From the IMG/VR virus record IMGVR_UViG_3300022752_000002, positions 883 through 64,882 of that record: a stretch of 64,000 bases of DNA; one strand, written 5' to 3'. The notes beneath the pieces are model-generated. The model ran no database searches. It saw only the letters and a list, made by a program, of their open reading frames with translations, and was not told the origin of the DNA. Source of the DNA: a virus. Taxonomy: Duplodnaviria; Caudoviricetes. This document shows, in pieces, positions 10,310 to 19,099 of this stretch. Position 1 is the stretch's first letter. Each line of letters starts with the position of its first letter. Made by a program: the position numbers and the translations under genes.

Positions 10310-10928
10310 CAATCGAGTCCCAAGCTTCCTTGTGAGCGTAAGTGGTCGGGGATTCGCGAATCTGGCGGGATTCGACATGAATTTCACGGATGGATCCCCA
10401 AGCGCCCACGTTAAGAGTTTGGGACTTCTGGGGATTTGTTTCATAGTAGTAGACGGGCTCGCCGTGTCTTGTGCCCCTCTTGGTCCTGACCGGCTGAACC
10501 TCGTACATGTGTCCGCCAATCCACCGGACAACACGGCATACAAAGACCCGCTCGTCCTCGCCCCTGCCTGATGATGTGGACCGTAGCTCGTACTCGCGCC
10601 CCTCAAACATGACTTGCATGTCGGCCGGCCAAAATGCCTGCTGGGCGACTGCGCCGGCGGTCAGGACGCAAAGCAGGGCAAGGCCCTTGGCTGATTTGGC
10701 GGTAAACTCGATCGCCTTAAGGACGGCGTACTCGATGACATCCTTTGGGTTTTGCCGGAGGATTTCCATGCCGGCCCTGTAAAGGTTGCGGGCGGCCTTG
10801 GCATCATAGTCGATGTCGACCAAGACGTACTTGGTTTTGTCGGGTCTGGATTTCCCGAGGGTGACGACCCCGAGGTTTTTTGCCGGCTTGGATGTTTTTT
10901 TGATGCTGAGGATTGGTTTTTTCTTCAT
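10266..10928 (-). CDS. Hypothetical protein with an internal signal-peptide-like segment
   Basis: Start MKKKPILS follows a degenerate TAATT-N5-ATG motif; internal KSAKGLALLCVLTAGAVAQ. Confidence 0.5.
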   Translation of the reverse strand: MKKKPILSIKKTSKPAKNLGVVTLGKSRPDKTKYVLVDIDYDAKAARNLYRAGMEILRQNPKDVIEYAVLKAIEFTAKSAKGLALLCVLTAGAVAQQAFWPADMQVMFEGREYELRSTSSGRGEDERVFVCRVVRWIGGHMYEVQPVRTKRGTRHGEPVYYYETNPQKSQTLNVGAWGSIREIHVESRQIRESPTTYAHKEAWDSIDEKFGRKGDGMVNP

Positions 10929-10935
10929 GAACCAA

Positions 10936-11121
10936 TTAGGCCCATCTGTCTGATTCGAGGTTTTTCTCGGCCTCGAGGGAGACATGGCGAAGGTACTCGG
11001 CCATGCGATCCACCCTTGAGCGGAGGATTTGGTTTTCGGCAAAGAGGGACATGTTTGCCTCGGTCATTTGCCTGAGCCCGTTTTTGATAATCTCGATGCT
11101 GGGTGTTTCGGTTGCGGTCAT
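10936..11121 (-). CDS. Small coiled-coil hypothetical protein
   Basis: 61 aa, ATGA-coupled. Confidence 0.5.
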   Translation of the reverse strand: MTATETPSIEIIKNGLRQMTEANMSLFAENQILRSRVDRMAEYLRHVSLEAEKNLESDRWA

Positions 11122-11327
11122 TTCTTTTTTGCCTCCAAGTCGCGTTTCTGGAAATTTCTGGCCCGGCGCAGGAGTTCGCGGGTGGTCTGGTGGGCCACAT
11201 CGAGGTGATCGAGGATGTCCTTGTTGGATCGCTCTTGTGAGTGGCTCCAGTCCTTCCTGAGTTCGCGGAGTCGTGTGGAGACGTAGCCCAACAAGTCGTC
11301 CAGATAGGTGAGGCGTTTGACGCTCAT
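11118..11327 (-). CDS. Small hypothetical protein
   Basis: MSVKRLTYLDDLL; ATGA-coupled. Confidence 0.5.
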   Translation of the reverse strand: MSVKRLTYLDDLLGYVSTRLRELRKDWSHSQERSNKDILDHLDVAHQTTRELLRRARNFQKRDLEAKKK

Positions 11328-11434
11328 TTTCTGGCGACCCAAAGGACGGCGAGGACCAGCAACAGCGGGAGCAGAAAAAGGTGGGCGAGGTCGAGGCTGG
11401 TGGGCTCGGGTGTCTGGCTAAAAAGTAGGTTCAT
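11324..11434 (-). CDS. Small membrane peptide
   Basis: 36 aa with LFLLPLLLVLAVLWV; coupled to the recombinase stop. Confidence 0.45.
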   Translation of the reverse strand: MNLLFSQTPEPTSLDLAHLFLLPLLLVLAVLWVARK

Positions 11435-12021
11435 AAAGTTTTCAGCATTCGCCAAGTGGTGGTGACAGGGAGTCCGACCATGGGGGCAAGGTTGTTGAGG
11501 GTGATGGGTCCGCAAGCCAAAAGTTTTCGTGCGGCGGACTTGTGCGTCTCGTTGTAGGAGGCCCTGCGGCCCACATGGATGCCCCGTGCCTTGGCGGCTT
11601 TCATGCCGGCCTTGGTTCGTTCCCGGATCAGGTCGCGCTCGAATTCGGCCACGGCGGCAAGGACGTTGAGCTGGAGTTTGCTGGCTGGGTTGATGGATCC
11701 GGCCGAGGTGTCGATGCCTTGGGATGGTACGACCAGCCCGACATTGGCTTCGAGCAGGGTGTTGATGATGCCGGCGAGGTGCTGGGTGGATCGGCCGAGG
11801 CGGTCCAGCTTGTAGGCAAGGACCACTTGGATGGCCCCGGCCTTGCAGTCCTCAAGCAGGCGGTTGAGGGCAGGCCGGTCACGCTTGGCTCCTGAAAGGG
11901 CGAAGTCCTCGTATAGGGCGTGAGCCCATTGTCTCTTATGGGCTATTTCAGTCAGCTCGTTACGCTGAAGGTCGGTGTTTTGGTCTTCGGTGGATACCCT
12001 GATGTAGATGCCGGCGTTCAT
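11431..12021 (-). CDS. Small serine recombinase (resolvase/invertase family)
   Basis: YIRVST catalytic Ser motif, KLDRLGRS, VAEFERDLIRERTKAG, GR hinge and C-terminal HTH; 196 aa. Confidence 0.93.
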   Translation of the reverse strand: MNAGIYIRVSTEDQNTDLQRNELTEIAHKRQWAHALYEDFALSGAKRDRPALNRLLEDCKAGAIQVVLAYKLDRLGRSTQHLAGIINTLLEANVGLVVPSQGIDTSAGSINPASKLQLNVLAAVAEFERDLIRERTKAGMKAAKARGIHVGRRASYNETHKSAARKLLACGPITLNNLAPMVGLPVTTTWRMLKTL

Positions 12022-12589
12022 ACATGAATTACCCGCCTTGTTTTATGTCGGGTAAAAAAATAAAAATTCTGGTTGATTTTGGGGGGTGGAAAATGGCGAT
12101 AGATAGATGAGGGGAATAGAGCCGGGGGAGAGCCCCGGACAGGATGAGGCGGAACCCCGCAAGGGAGACAGCCGCCGAAATCTCGCTAAACCTCCTTAAC
12201 ACCCCTCGCTTTTCCCCCTTCCCCCTTGGATCCCCCATCCCCGAGTTTGCCTTTACCTTGATGCTTTCACCTTTTCCTCAAGTTTCCACATCGATGAATC
12301 CGTCGTCGTTAACGCGTCGACGACGACTCAACTTTTAATTGTAAAACAATCTTTTGATTTTTATTTCCGTTATAGTCACCGCTACGCGGGGTGGGGTACA
12401 GGGGAGGGGGCGTGGTCGGGTAGGCAAGCTAAAAGTGAGGAGCCAAGATACGTTATCAGGACGGCTTATAATGGCTATTAGGCTTTATAAAGGCTCACAG
12501 AGTGTTGGGATGGGGTGGGGTGCTGTCCTGACCCTATCGGCCTAGGAAACGAATTTTAAGGCATTTTTACGGCGCAAAGAAGGGCATTC

Positions 12590-12967
12590 CTATAAGCTGG
12601 TGTCGGGCTTATAGGCAGGACCTATGCGCCTACCCGGCAGCACACAGACGCTTCGGCTTAGGGTAAGGAGCTCCATGCCGGTGGACTTGTGCCGGCCCGT
12701 CTTGCCCAATCCCAGCACCACCGCACGGCCATAAAACCGCTTCATGGTCAGATTACCCCCTTCATCGGATTTCTCCAAAACAATGAAGCCCCCGTCACAA
12801 TCCGAATCCATAAAGGAATCCTCAATCACATACATGACCTCGGTGTCGTTGATCCGTACCGCCTCCGGAGACCCACGGATAATCTGCACAATGCCCTTGG
12901 TCGACCCAGTCACGGTCTCCTCATAAATCTGCGGCTGCCCACAGGGATCAATCACAATGGCCCTCAT
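12590..12967 (-). CDS. DUF3846-like protein
   Basis: MRAIVIDP...MYVIED...FYGRAVVLG; paralog of 23608-23910. Confidence 0.6.
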   Translation of the reverse strand: MRAIVIDPCGQPQIYEETVTGSTKGIVQIIRGSPEAVRINDTEVMYVIEDSFMDSDCDGGFIVLEKSDEGGNLTMKRFYGRAVVLGLGKTGRHKSTGMELLTLSRSVCVLPGRRIGPAYKPDTSL

Positions 12968-13181
12968 ACCGCCAAACACCTAACCCCCGGGCCGGGGTAA
13001 GCAAATAATTCAGGGCAGGGGGGACACTTTCCATCTCAGAAAAATATTTTGGGGGGTGGGTAAGGGGGCCCCATGACCCTGTAAAAAATTTGGTGGTGGG
13101 CGGGTGGGTCCCATACTTTTTTTTATTCCGCTACCCGCTTGTGACCCAGAGCCCGATTTCGGGGGTGGGTCGGGGTGGGGT

Positions 13182-13412
13182 CTACGCTTTGTCGATTTCC
13201 TCCAGTAGTCGCTTAGCGTCCTCCAGTCCCTCGGCCTTCGCCGTCCGCTTGTATTTCTTGCCTGTGTATCTGGACAATAGGGCAAGCAAGTTGGAAGGCG
13301 TTGCCGTTCTGGTTAGGAGCATTTGCCCGCCTGTCTTGATGTGCATCTCCAAACCTTGTTTTATGCAGAATATCTGCATCCGTTCAGCGTGTCCGATTGT
13401 TATTGTTTCCAT
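13182..13412 (-). CDS. Early hypothetical protein
   Basis: Start preceded by the array motif. Confidence 0.7.
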   Translation of the reverse strand: METITIGHAERMQIFCIKQGLEMHIKTGGQMLLTRTATPSNLLALLSRYTGKKYKRTAKAEGLEDAKRLLEEIDKA

Positions 13413-13610
13413 ACCCTAATTACCCTCCCTGTTTTTCTGAAGGGTTCCCTTTTGAAACTACTACGCTGTTCCCCCTCTCGTCACAAGTCCAGTCGGGACA
13501 AGCTGACCCTCCCCCTTCGTGCGTGCGAGCCTTCGGAGGTGAGGCGGGTCTAACAACCGCCTTCCCTGTATAAATCCCATAAGCCCAAGGGGGTTCTGTT
13601 TGGGGGATCT

Positions 13611-13829
13611 TCAAGCCAACCTCGCCTGTTCAAAGGTTGCTTTTGAGAATCCGCTGGGTCTGACCCCTTGCGAGAGGTCGTTGACTGCCTCCATGAATTT
13701 GAATCGGGAGAAGTTGGGGTTCATCTCTTGGCAGAACTCCACCATCCGTTCCGTCATCTGTTGCTTCTCTGCTTGGTCTTTTATGCTGGCGACCATTACG
13801 GCCAGTTTTTCGAAGTGTTTTTTGCTCAT
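13611..13829 (-). CDS. Early hypothetical protein
   Basis: Array motif; MSKKHFEKLA...NPNFSRFKF pattern common in small phage proteins. Confidence 0.7.
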   Translation of the reverse strand: MSKKHFEKLAVMVASIKDQAEKQQMTERMVEFCQEMNPNFSRFKFMEAVNDLSQGVRPSGFSKATFEQARLA

Positions 13830-13885
13830 ACCCTAATTACCCTTGTTGTTTTCTTGGGATTCCTCTTTTCCCCGCCTTGGGGGAT

Positions 13886-14050
13886 CTAACGCTCCTCCGT
13901 GGCAAGGGCTAAGTCCTCGACCCTGCCGATGAGCCTGTGCGTCCTTGTCGGCGTGTTCAGCTCCGAGAGGAGGCGGTCGAAGGCATCGACCCGATTGATT
14001 TCATCCGTGCAGTTTTCCAAGTAGTGATAGATTTCGGTTAGGTTGTTCAT
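13886..14050 (-). CDS. Small early protein (54 aa, not in ORF track)
   Basis: MNNLTEIYHYLENC...ATEER; array motif at start. Confidence 0.65.
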   Translation of the reverse strand: MNNLTEIYHYLENCTDEINRVDAFDRLLSELNTPTRTHRLIGRVEDLALATEER

Positions 14051-14072
14051 ATCCTAATTATCTGGTTTGTTT

Positions 14073-14357
14073 TTAGAGACCCACCTCGGCAAAGGCCTCG
14101 TCTCTGACCTCCACGGCATACTCTTTTGCGGTTTCAATAAGGCTTTTTGCCATTTCCTCGCTGGGGTCTTTTCGGAAGTCGGCAAACATATCGCCAAGCC
14201 CTTCGGACAAGTCGGCCACAAGGGAAGTATCGCCCAAGTCATCCAATCCAATTCCCATAGTGCGACCCACCGCCCAGTTGAGGAGTTTCCGCCCAAGCCG
14301 GTAGTCCTCGTTGCATTTTTCAATCCAGCTTTTCAGAGTTTCGTGGTTTTTGTTCAT
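14073..14357 (-). CDS. Early hypothetical protein
   Basis: Array motif at start. Confidence 0.7.
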   Translation of the reverse strand: MNKNHETLKSWIEKCNEDYRLGRKLLNWAVGRTMGIGLDDLGDTSLVADLSEGLGDMFADFRKDPSEEMAKSLIETAKEYAVEVRDEAFAEVGL

Positions 14358-14364
14358 ACCTTAA

Positions 14365-14652
14365 TTAGGCGGTTTGTTTTTCTGCGTTTTCGAAGGCAAT
14401 CGCTTGGGCGTTTGCGATCACGCTCTCCCTCGGCCTGTCCTCATCGAACTGGAAAGCGTCTTGGATTTTTTTGATATGGGCGAGCCAAGCCTCCGGATGC
14501 CAGAAGGATTTTGCCATTTTCTTTTTTACCTCATCGGAGTTTGCCAGCGTGGTTTCCGTGACCATCAAGATGCGCTCCCGAAGGACGGCCAAGGTTATGT
14601 CATCCAGCTCTGCAATCGCTTTCTTCATCACTTGTCGGTTGGTTTTGTTCAT
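14365..14652 (-). CDS. Early hypothetical protein
   Basis: Array motif at start; its stop is the TAA of the next motif. Confidence 0.7.
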   Translation of the reverse strand: MNKTNRQVMKKAIAELDDITLAVLRERILMVTETTLANSDEVKKKMAKSFWHPEAWLAHIKKIQDAFQFDEDRPRESVIANAQAIAFENAEKQTA

Positions 14653-14712
14653 ACTGGAATTACCCTTGTGGTTTTTTGGGCGTGGTTAGTTACCTCCCAC
14701 CCCATTTACCCA

Positions 14713-15153
14713 TTAGGCGGTTGCTGTTGCTTTTTTCGCCTCCTCGACCTCGGCAATTTTACGCATCAAGGCCATCACAAGCTTTTCGTAGAAGTCCACA
14801 CATTCCTGTTCCACAAGGTTGTCAGCGACCTTCTGGGCGATCTGGTCGTGAGCAATTTCCTCATCAACTCTGTCGGCCACCCCTCTGACAATGTCGTCAA
14901 TGTCTAGGCGGTCATATACCGAGTCGCTAATGTCGCTGTTGTCAATCGTGTCGGCCACCCTGTCCACAATGTCGTCTTTTATCTGACTCGAATCCTCAAG
15001 GATGCCATCAACTGCCTTGTCGATGACTTGCTCCCGATACTTTTCAAGGTCTTGGGTTTCTGGTTGCTGGGTTTGTGTCGTTTCCGTAAGCGTCAAGATT
15101 TTCTCAATCGCTTCCTTGGCGACATTTACGATTTGCTGATGGGTTTCGTTCAT
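14713..15153 (-). CDS. Acidic early protein with short IxDxVADxI repeats
   Basis: Array motif; IVDRVADTID and IVRGVADRVD repeats. Confidence 0.7.
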   Translation of the reverse strand: MNETHQQIVNVAKEAIEKILTLTETTQTQQPETQDLEKYREQVIDKAVDGILEDSSQIKDDIVDRVADTIDNSDISDSVYDRLDIDDIVRGVADRVDEEIAHDQIAQKVADNLVEQECVDFYEKLVMALMRKIAEVEEAKKATATA

Positions 15154-15160
15154 ATCCTAA

Positions 15161-15358
15161 TTATCCAGCCTGTTTTTCCGATTCCGTGACTTCCGTGACC
15201 TCCAAGGCCTCAAAGTCGTAGTCCACATAATTCCAATCAACCTTGCAGTTTCCAGCCTCGGCCATCGCACCATCAACGGCCTCTTGGTCGTTATTGGCTT
15301 CTATCGTGACCCAAGCCTCTGCGATCTGGTTTTTCTGTAGTTTAACTCTGTATTTCAT
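15161..15358 (-). CDS. Small early protein (likely start MKYRVKL)
   Basis: Motif places the start at 15358; VTIEANNDQEAV pattern. Confidence 0.7.
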   Translation of the reverse strand: MKYRVKLQKNQIAEAWVTIEANNDQEAVDGAMAEAGNCKVDWNYVDYDFEALEVTEVTESEKQAG

Positions 15359-15365
15359 ATCTGAA

Positions 15366-15533
15366 TTATCCCGCTTGTTTCCCCGATGGTTGGATGATGC
15401 CGATGATTTTGCCAAATGCGGGAATCCAGTTTCTCAAGGCAATCGCATCCAAGCCCAAGTCTGTTTCTATGACGGCATAGGAGACTCCTGTTAGTTTTGC
15501 TAGGGTGCTGGCGGTTTTGATTGTGGTGTCCAT
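15366..15533 (-). CDS. Small early protein (55 aa, not in ORF track)
   Basis: MDTTIKTAST...GKQAG, ending at a motif TAA. Confidence 0.5.
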   Translation of the reverse strand: MDTTIKTASTLAKLTGVSYAVIETDLGLDAIALRNWIPAFGKIIGIIQPSGKQAG

Positions 15534-15617
15534 ATCTGTCATTCCTCGTCCTCGTTTTCGGATTCAACGGCATCCCGAATCTCGTCAACCTCGTCCGTGT
15601 TGTAATACTTTCCCATA

Positions 15618-15770
15618 TCAGATTCCTCCCAAGTCTGGTTCTTTGTCGTGGATTTCGGCGGGGACAAAGGTCGGGTCTTGTTTGGACTTCTCGTCTCCCT
15701 CGTAAACCGCCATATCGCACAAGCCTTCGATGATCGTTATGTATCCGATGGGTTTTGGTGTTTTGCTCAT
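15618..15770 (-). CDS. Small early protein (50 aa, not in ORF track)
   Basis: MSKTPKPIGYITIIEGLCD; array motif at start. Confidence 0.6.
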   Translation of the reverse strand: MSKTPKPIGYITIIEGLCDMAVYEGDEKSKQDPTFVPAEIHDKEPDLGGI

Positions 15771-15773
15771 ACC

Positions 15774-16271
15774 TCAATTATCCAGTTTGTTTTCAAGGGT
15801 TCGAATTGACTTGAAGAAAATCCGTATAAGCTCGTCTGCTTCCTCAATCAGAGAATTAAGCTCTCGGAGCGGTCTGACCTTCTGAATGAGTCGCAGGGCT
15901 TGGCGTGATGCCCTCAATTCCTTTTCGACCTCTCTGAATTTATCGGCAAACCCTTTCGCCGTCATACTCGCCTCGGCCTCTCCGTGTCGGAAGTAGGACG
16001 CTACGGACGGCTTCAAAAGCTCCTCGGTCAGATTTGTGCTGACAGGGTCTTTGGGGAGTTTGTTGGCAATCCCCAAGCATCCAGAGACAAAGGCTAGGAG
16101 TTGGTCGCTGACGCAGATTTCAGATTGTTTGCTTGTTTTCTTTTTGTTCTGCACCCGCACCTGATTACGCTCGTGCAGATATTCGAGAAGGTGGTCGGTT
16201 ATGTGGCCATCCCCCTCGTATTCCTTTAGGTCTTCAATAATTTCATCAAATATTTTGTCTTTTTTGCTCAT
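15774..16271 (-). CDS. Early hypothetical protein
   Basis: Array motif at start. Confidence 0.7.
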   Translation of the reverse strand: MSKKDKIFDEIIEDLKEYEGDGHITDHLLEYLHERNQVRVQNKKKTSKQSEICVSDQLLAFVSGCLGIANKLPKDPVSTNLTEELLKPSVASYFRHGEAEASMTAKGFADKFREVEKELRASRQALRLIQKVRPLRELNSLIEEADELIRIFFKSIRTLENKLDN

Positions 16272-16293
16272 ATCTCAATTATCCGAGGTGTTT

Positions 16294-16590
16294 TTAGGCT
16301 CTCCCTGTTTTCTTGTTATATGCTTTGACCAAGTAGGCGTGACAAAACTCCAGAATCGAATCTAAGTTTTGGTCTTGATCCTCTGAAATGTGTTCGTGTC
16401 TTTTTGAATAACGCTCGGCCTCATCGCTGGCGTATTGCAACGCATCGGCAAGGTCGGACAAAAATTCGCAACTCGTTCCGCCGTCAAATAGTTGGGATAT
16501 TACATTCACCGCTTGCGTGATTTGATGCGGGTGCGAGCAAGCCGACATAAACTCACCGGCACAATTCAGTTTTGTTTCGTCCAAGCTCAT
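16294..16590 (-). CDS. Early hypothetical protein
   Basis: ATGA-coupled to the upstream ORF. Confidence 0.6.
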   Translation of the reverse strand: MSLDETKLNCAGEFMSACSHPHQITQAVNVISQLFDGGTSCEFLSDLADALQYASDEAERYSKRHEHISEDQDQNLDSILEFCHAYLVKAYNKKTGRA

Positions 16591-16793
16591 CGGATTTGCT
16601 CCAAGCTAATGATGAGATCGACCAAGTCCGTCAAACTGCCGGTGTAGTCTCGGATTGTTTCATCGTGCTTTCCCTGTCGAAGCGAGATCAGTGCATCCTC
16701 GGCATACTCAACTCCAAGGTTCGCAAGCTCCCGAAGCTCTAATTTGATCGGCTCATACCATCCTGTTGGAAGTGTCGGCTTTGTGGTTGTCAT
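16587..16793 (-). CDS. Early hypothetical protein
   Basis: Array motif at start. Confidence 0.65.
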   Translation of the reverse strand: MTTTKPTLPTGWYEPIKLELRELANLGVEYAEDALISLRQGKHDETIRDYTGSLTDLVDLIISLEQIR

Positions 16794-17860
16794 ACTGCAA
16801 TTACCTCGGCTGTTTCCTCGGCCTCCTCGTCCTCCGTCTCAACTCCGCTGGTTGTTAGGTCTTTCTCGGCTTGTAAGTAGCCCTCTTGGTAGCCTTTTCT
16901 GAACTGCTTGCTTTGGGTTTTGTCCTCGTAGTATCCAGCTCCGTTCTGGTTGTCCATATAGCCCTCGTCATAGCCGGTCTGGTAATCGGTCTCTGACCCG
17001 CTTCCTTCGTGATCTGGAACTCCTGTTTCGGTTCCGTCTTCGTCATTCCATCCTCCGGTGGTTGTGGATTTGTAGGTTTTCTTTGGGTAGTAGGTCGTGC
17101 CATAACCGAGGGACAACTGATCCTTGGCATAGCTACGCTTACGGATGGGTTTGACCCGCTTCTTGCCCAGAATTGACCCCAACTTGGTTTCAATGGCGTG
17201 GTTTGCTTTGATCTGGATCGGGGCTTGCGGAGTTTGTTCAAAAACATCTTTAACTACGCTTGTGCCGTCCAAGGCGGATGTAGCCACGACAAACCCTCCG
17301 TTGAATCTTACGCAATAAAGGGAAGGGGTTTCATCCCGATATATTGTTAGGTGTCCATCCCTGCGGATGATGAGCAGGGCGGCATAGCCCTCGTAATACT
17401 TGGAAAGCTCCTTCCAGCCCTTGCCCTTCGTGAAGGTGTTGAATAAGTCCTCGCTGTCACAAGTGCCGACCTTTTTACGGCGGGGTCCGGTATAATCGAC
17501 AATTCCGTTATGAGCCAAGGCCAGCTCATCGCTGACAAAGGGATGGGTATTTTTAATCCCAAGGTCGTTTGTCGAAGTCCGTCCGTGGAATAGGCCAGCC
17601 GTGCAAGGCTTAATCTCACCTCGCAAGTCAAAGGTGGGTTTGGCTACCGATTCCCACTCTCCAAGCGGATCGTAGCCGTATCCGAGAAGGTTGCCGGTGA
17701 CAAGTCGAAGGGACGTTATTCCTTCAATGTCGCCACCCGACAACGCATACCCGAATCCATCTTTCTGATCCTTCAGAAGGTCACGACTGGTTTTGATAAG
17801 TTTGTCCAGCCGTTCCTTCTCAAGGGGTTTATCAACGCTGAATCCAATTAGTCTGCACAT
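16790..17860 (-). CDS. Class II (Ntn) glutamine amidotransferase
   Basis: N-terminal MCRLIG (Cys2), DGFG, HGRTST, NTHPF, LAHNG, DSE; acidic tail with YxxGY repeats. Confidence 0.88.
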   Translation of the reverse strand: MCRLIGFSVDKPLEKERLDKLIKTSRDLLKDQKDGFGYALSGGDIEGITSLRLVTGNLLGYGYDPLGEWESVAKPTFDLRGEIKPCTAGLFHGRTSTNDLGIKNTHPFVSDELALAHNGIVDYTGPRRKKVGTCDSEDLFNTFTKGKGWKELSKYYEGYAALLIIRRDGHLTIYRDETPSLYCVRFNGGFVVATSALDGTSVVKDVFEQTPQAPIQIKANHAIETKLGSILGKKRVKPIRKRSYAKDQLSLGYGTTYYPKKTYKSTTTGGWNDEDGTETGVPDHEGSGSETDYQTGYDEGYMDNQNGAGYYEDKTQSKQFRKGYQEGYLQAEKDLTTSGVETEDEEAEETAEVIAV

Positions 17861-17883
17861 ATCTTAATTATCCTTTCTGTTTT

Positions 17884-18903
17884 TCAGCTAACGGCGTAGC
17901 CGTCTGTTAGCCGGTGTTTGTCCTCAAGGATCATCTTGTCCCGCAACTTCAAGGCATCTTGCGAGTGAAACTGCCGGTAGCGTCTCCACAAGTAGGCTCT
18001 GATCGTCTCTGGAAGCGTCCGCATTTTGATGATGTCTTCCAGCGATACGCTTAGGATGCCGTTGCCGTGCTTGTGGGAGTTTGCCTCGGCCACCTCATCG
18101 ACCTCCGAGGAGGTGACAATCCACTTGTTGAGATCGACCCACCCCATAATTTTCCAGAAGTCCAGCGTCCCGCCGTGTAGTCGGTTCTCGGTTGTCGTAT
18201 GCTCGCAGTAGGCTGATGCGTGATTGATTGCCAAGTAGCGGTCGGTCGAGTGCCGGTAAGTGAATCCCCGATGAATCGGCCTGTTCATACGGCAATAGCG
18301 ATTGTCCAATCGGGAAGGTGCGACAATACTTGCCAAGGCTGGCAAACATTTGATAAGTCGCTTGGCTCGCTTGGATGCCATCGCTGAACTGACACCCCGC
18401 TGGTCGAGGTGCAAGTGCATCCCGCAACTGGTGTTGACCTCCGCACCGCTGGCGTTGAGTTTATCGACAACTCCCTTCAGTCGCAGGGGACGCTCGTGGC
18501 GGAATGTCACCTTAAACTCTGCCGACCCCCAGTCTGGGTCTTCGCTGTCGCCATCGTCCTCGTTCCGTTCCTCGTCCCTGTCCCTGTCGGGATACCACTC
18601 CAAGGAGCCGTCATCCTCCTTGTCGATCAGCATCCGTCCAAGCTGGCGAAGGTTTGGAATGTTATCCTTGTCCTCAAACACACACTCCAGCTCAACCGAG
18701 CAAAGCTGTCCTTTGAAGGCTTGGAAGTATTTAGCCTCCAAGTCCGTGTCTTCCTTTGGCCGAAGTCCACGGCGAAGGTAGGAGAGGGAGCCGAAGTTTG
18801 TCTGACGCTTCTCCCAGCGTTCTTTCTCCTTGGCCAACTCCTCCTCGGAGATGTTGAGTGTCCTTGCATACCACCGATCACGCATTTGTTTGGATAGTCT
18901 CAT
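17884..18903 (-). CDS. Putative amidoligase (COOH-NH2 ligase, Amidoligase_2-like); in-frame upstream start at 19077
   Basis: SVELE, DGSL, EFK, VNTSCGMHLH, RYLAIN, TENRLHGGTLD. Confidence 0.85.
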   Translation of the reverse strand: MRLSKQMRDRWYARTLNISEEELAKEKERWEKRQTNFGSLSYLRRGLRPKEDTDLEAKYFQAFKGQLCSVELECVFEDKDNIPNLRQLGRMLIDKEDDGSLEWYPDRDRDEERNEDDGDSEDPDWGSAEFKVTFRHERPLRLKGVVDKLNASGAEVNTSCGMHLHLDQRGVSSAMASKRAKRLIKCLPALASIVAPSRLDNRYCRMNRPIHRGFTYRHSTDRYLAINHASAYCEHTTTENRLHGGTLDFWKIMGWVDLNKWIVTSSEVDEVAEANSHKHGNGILSVSLEDIIKMRTLPETIRAYLWRRYRQFHSQDALKLRDKMILEDKHRLTDGYAVS

Positions 18904-19099
18904 ATCTGAATTACCCAGCTGGTTTTCCTGCCCTTCCGCATATTCCCGCATCGCATCGATGTAGGCCGTCAATGTCCGGGGATCTTGGTCTATCTCATCG
19001 ACCCCGAACTTGCGGACGAAACGCCGTAGTTGCTGTTTTGCGGAGAGGCTTTTTGTTTTTTTGGGGCGTTTCGCCATGCCCCAATTAACCGGCGTGTTT

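Noticed and set aside
5763-12021. Gin/Cin-type tail fibre inversion system
   Set aside because: No oppositely oriented fibre segment or flanking inverted sites seen; the recombinase is about 2.8 kb from the nearest fibre gene
13420-13614. 64-aa TTG-start ORF or possible ncRNA, with AGATCCCCCAA also found near 13880
   Set aside because: Weak start, no recognisable protein or RNA family; repeat too short to support a call
15355-15777. 140-aa ORF from the track
   Set aside because: Three smaller ORFs in other frames fit the motif-defined starts and stops better
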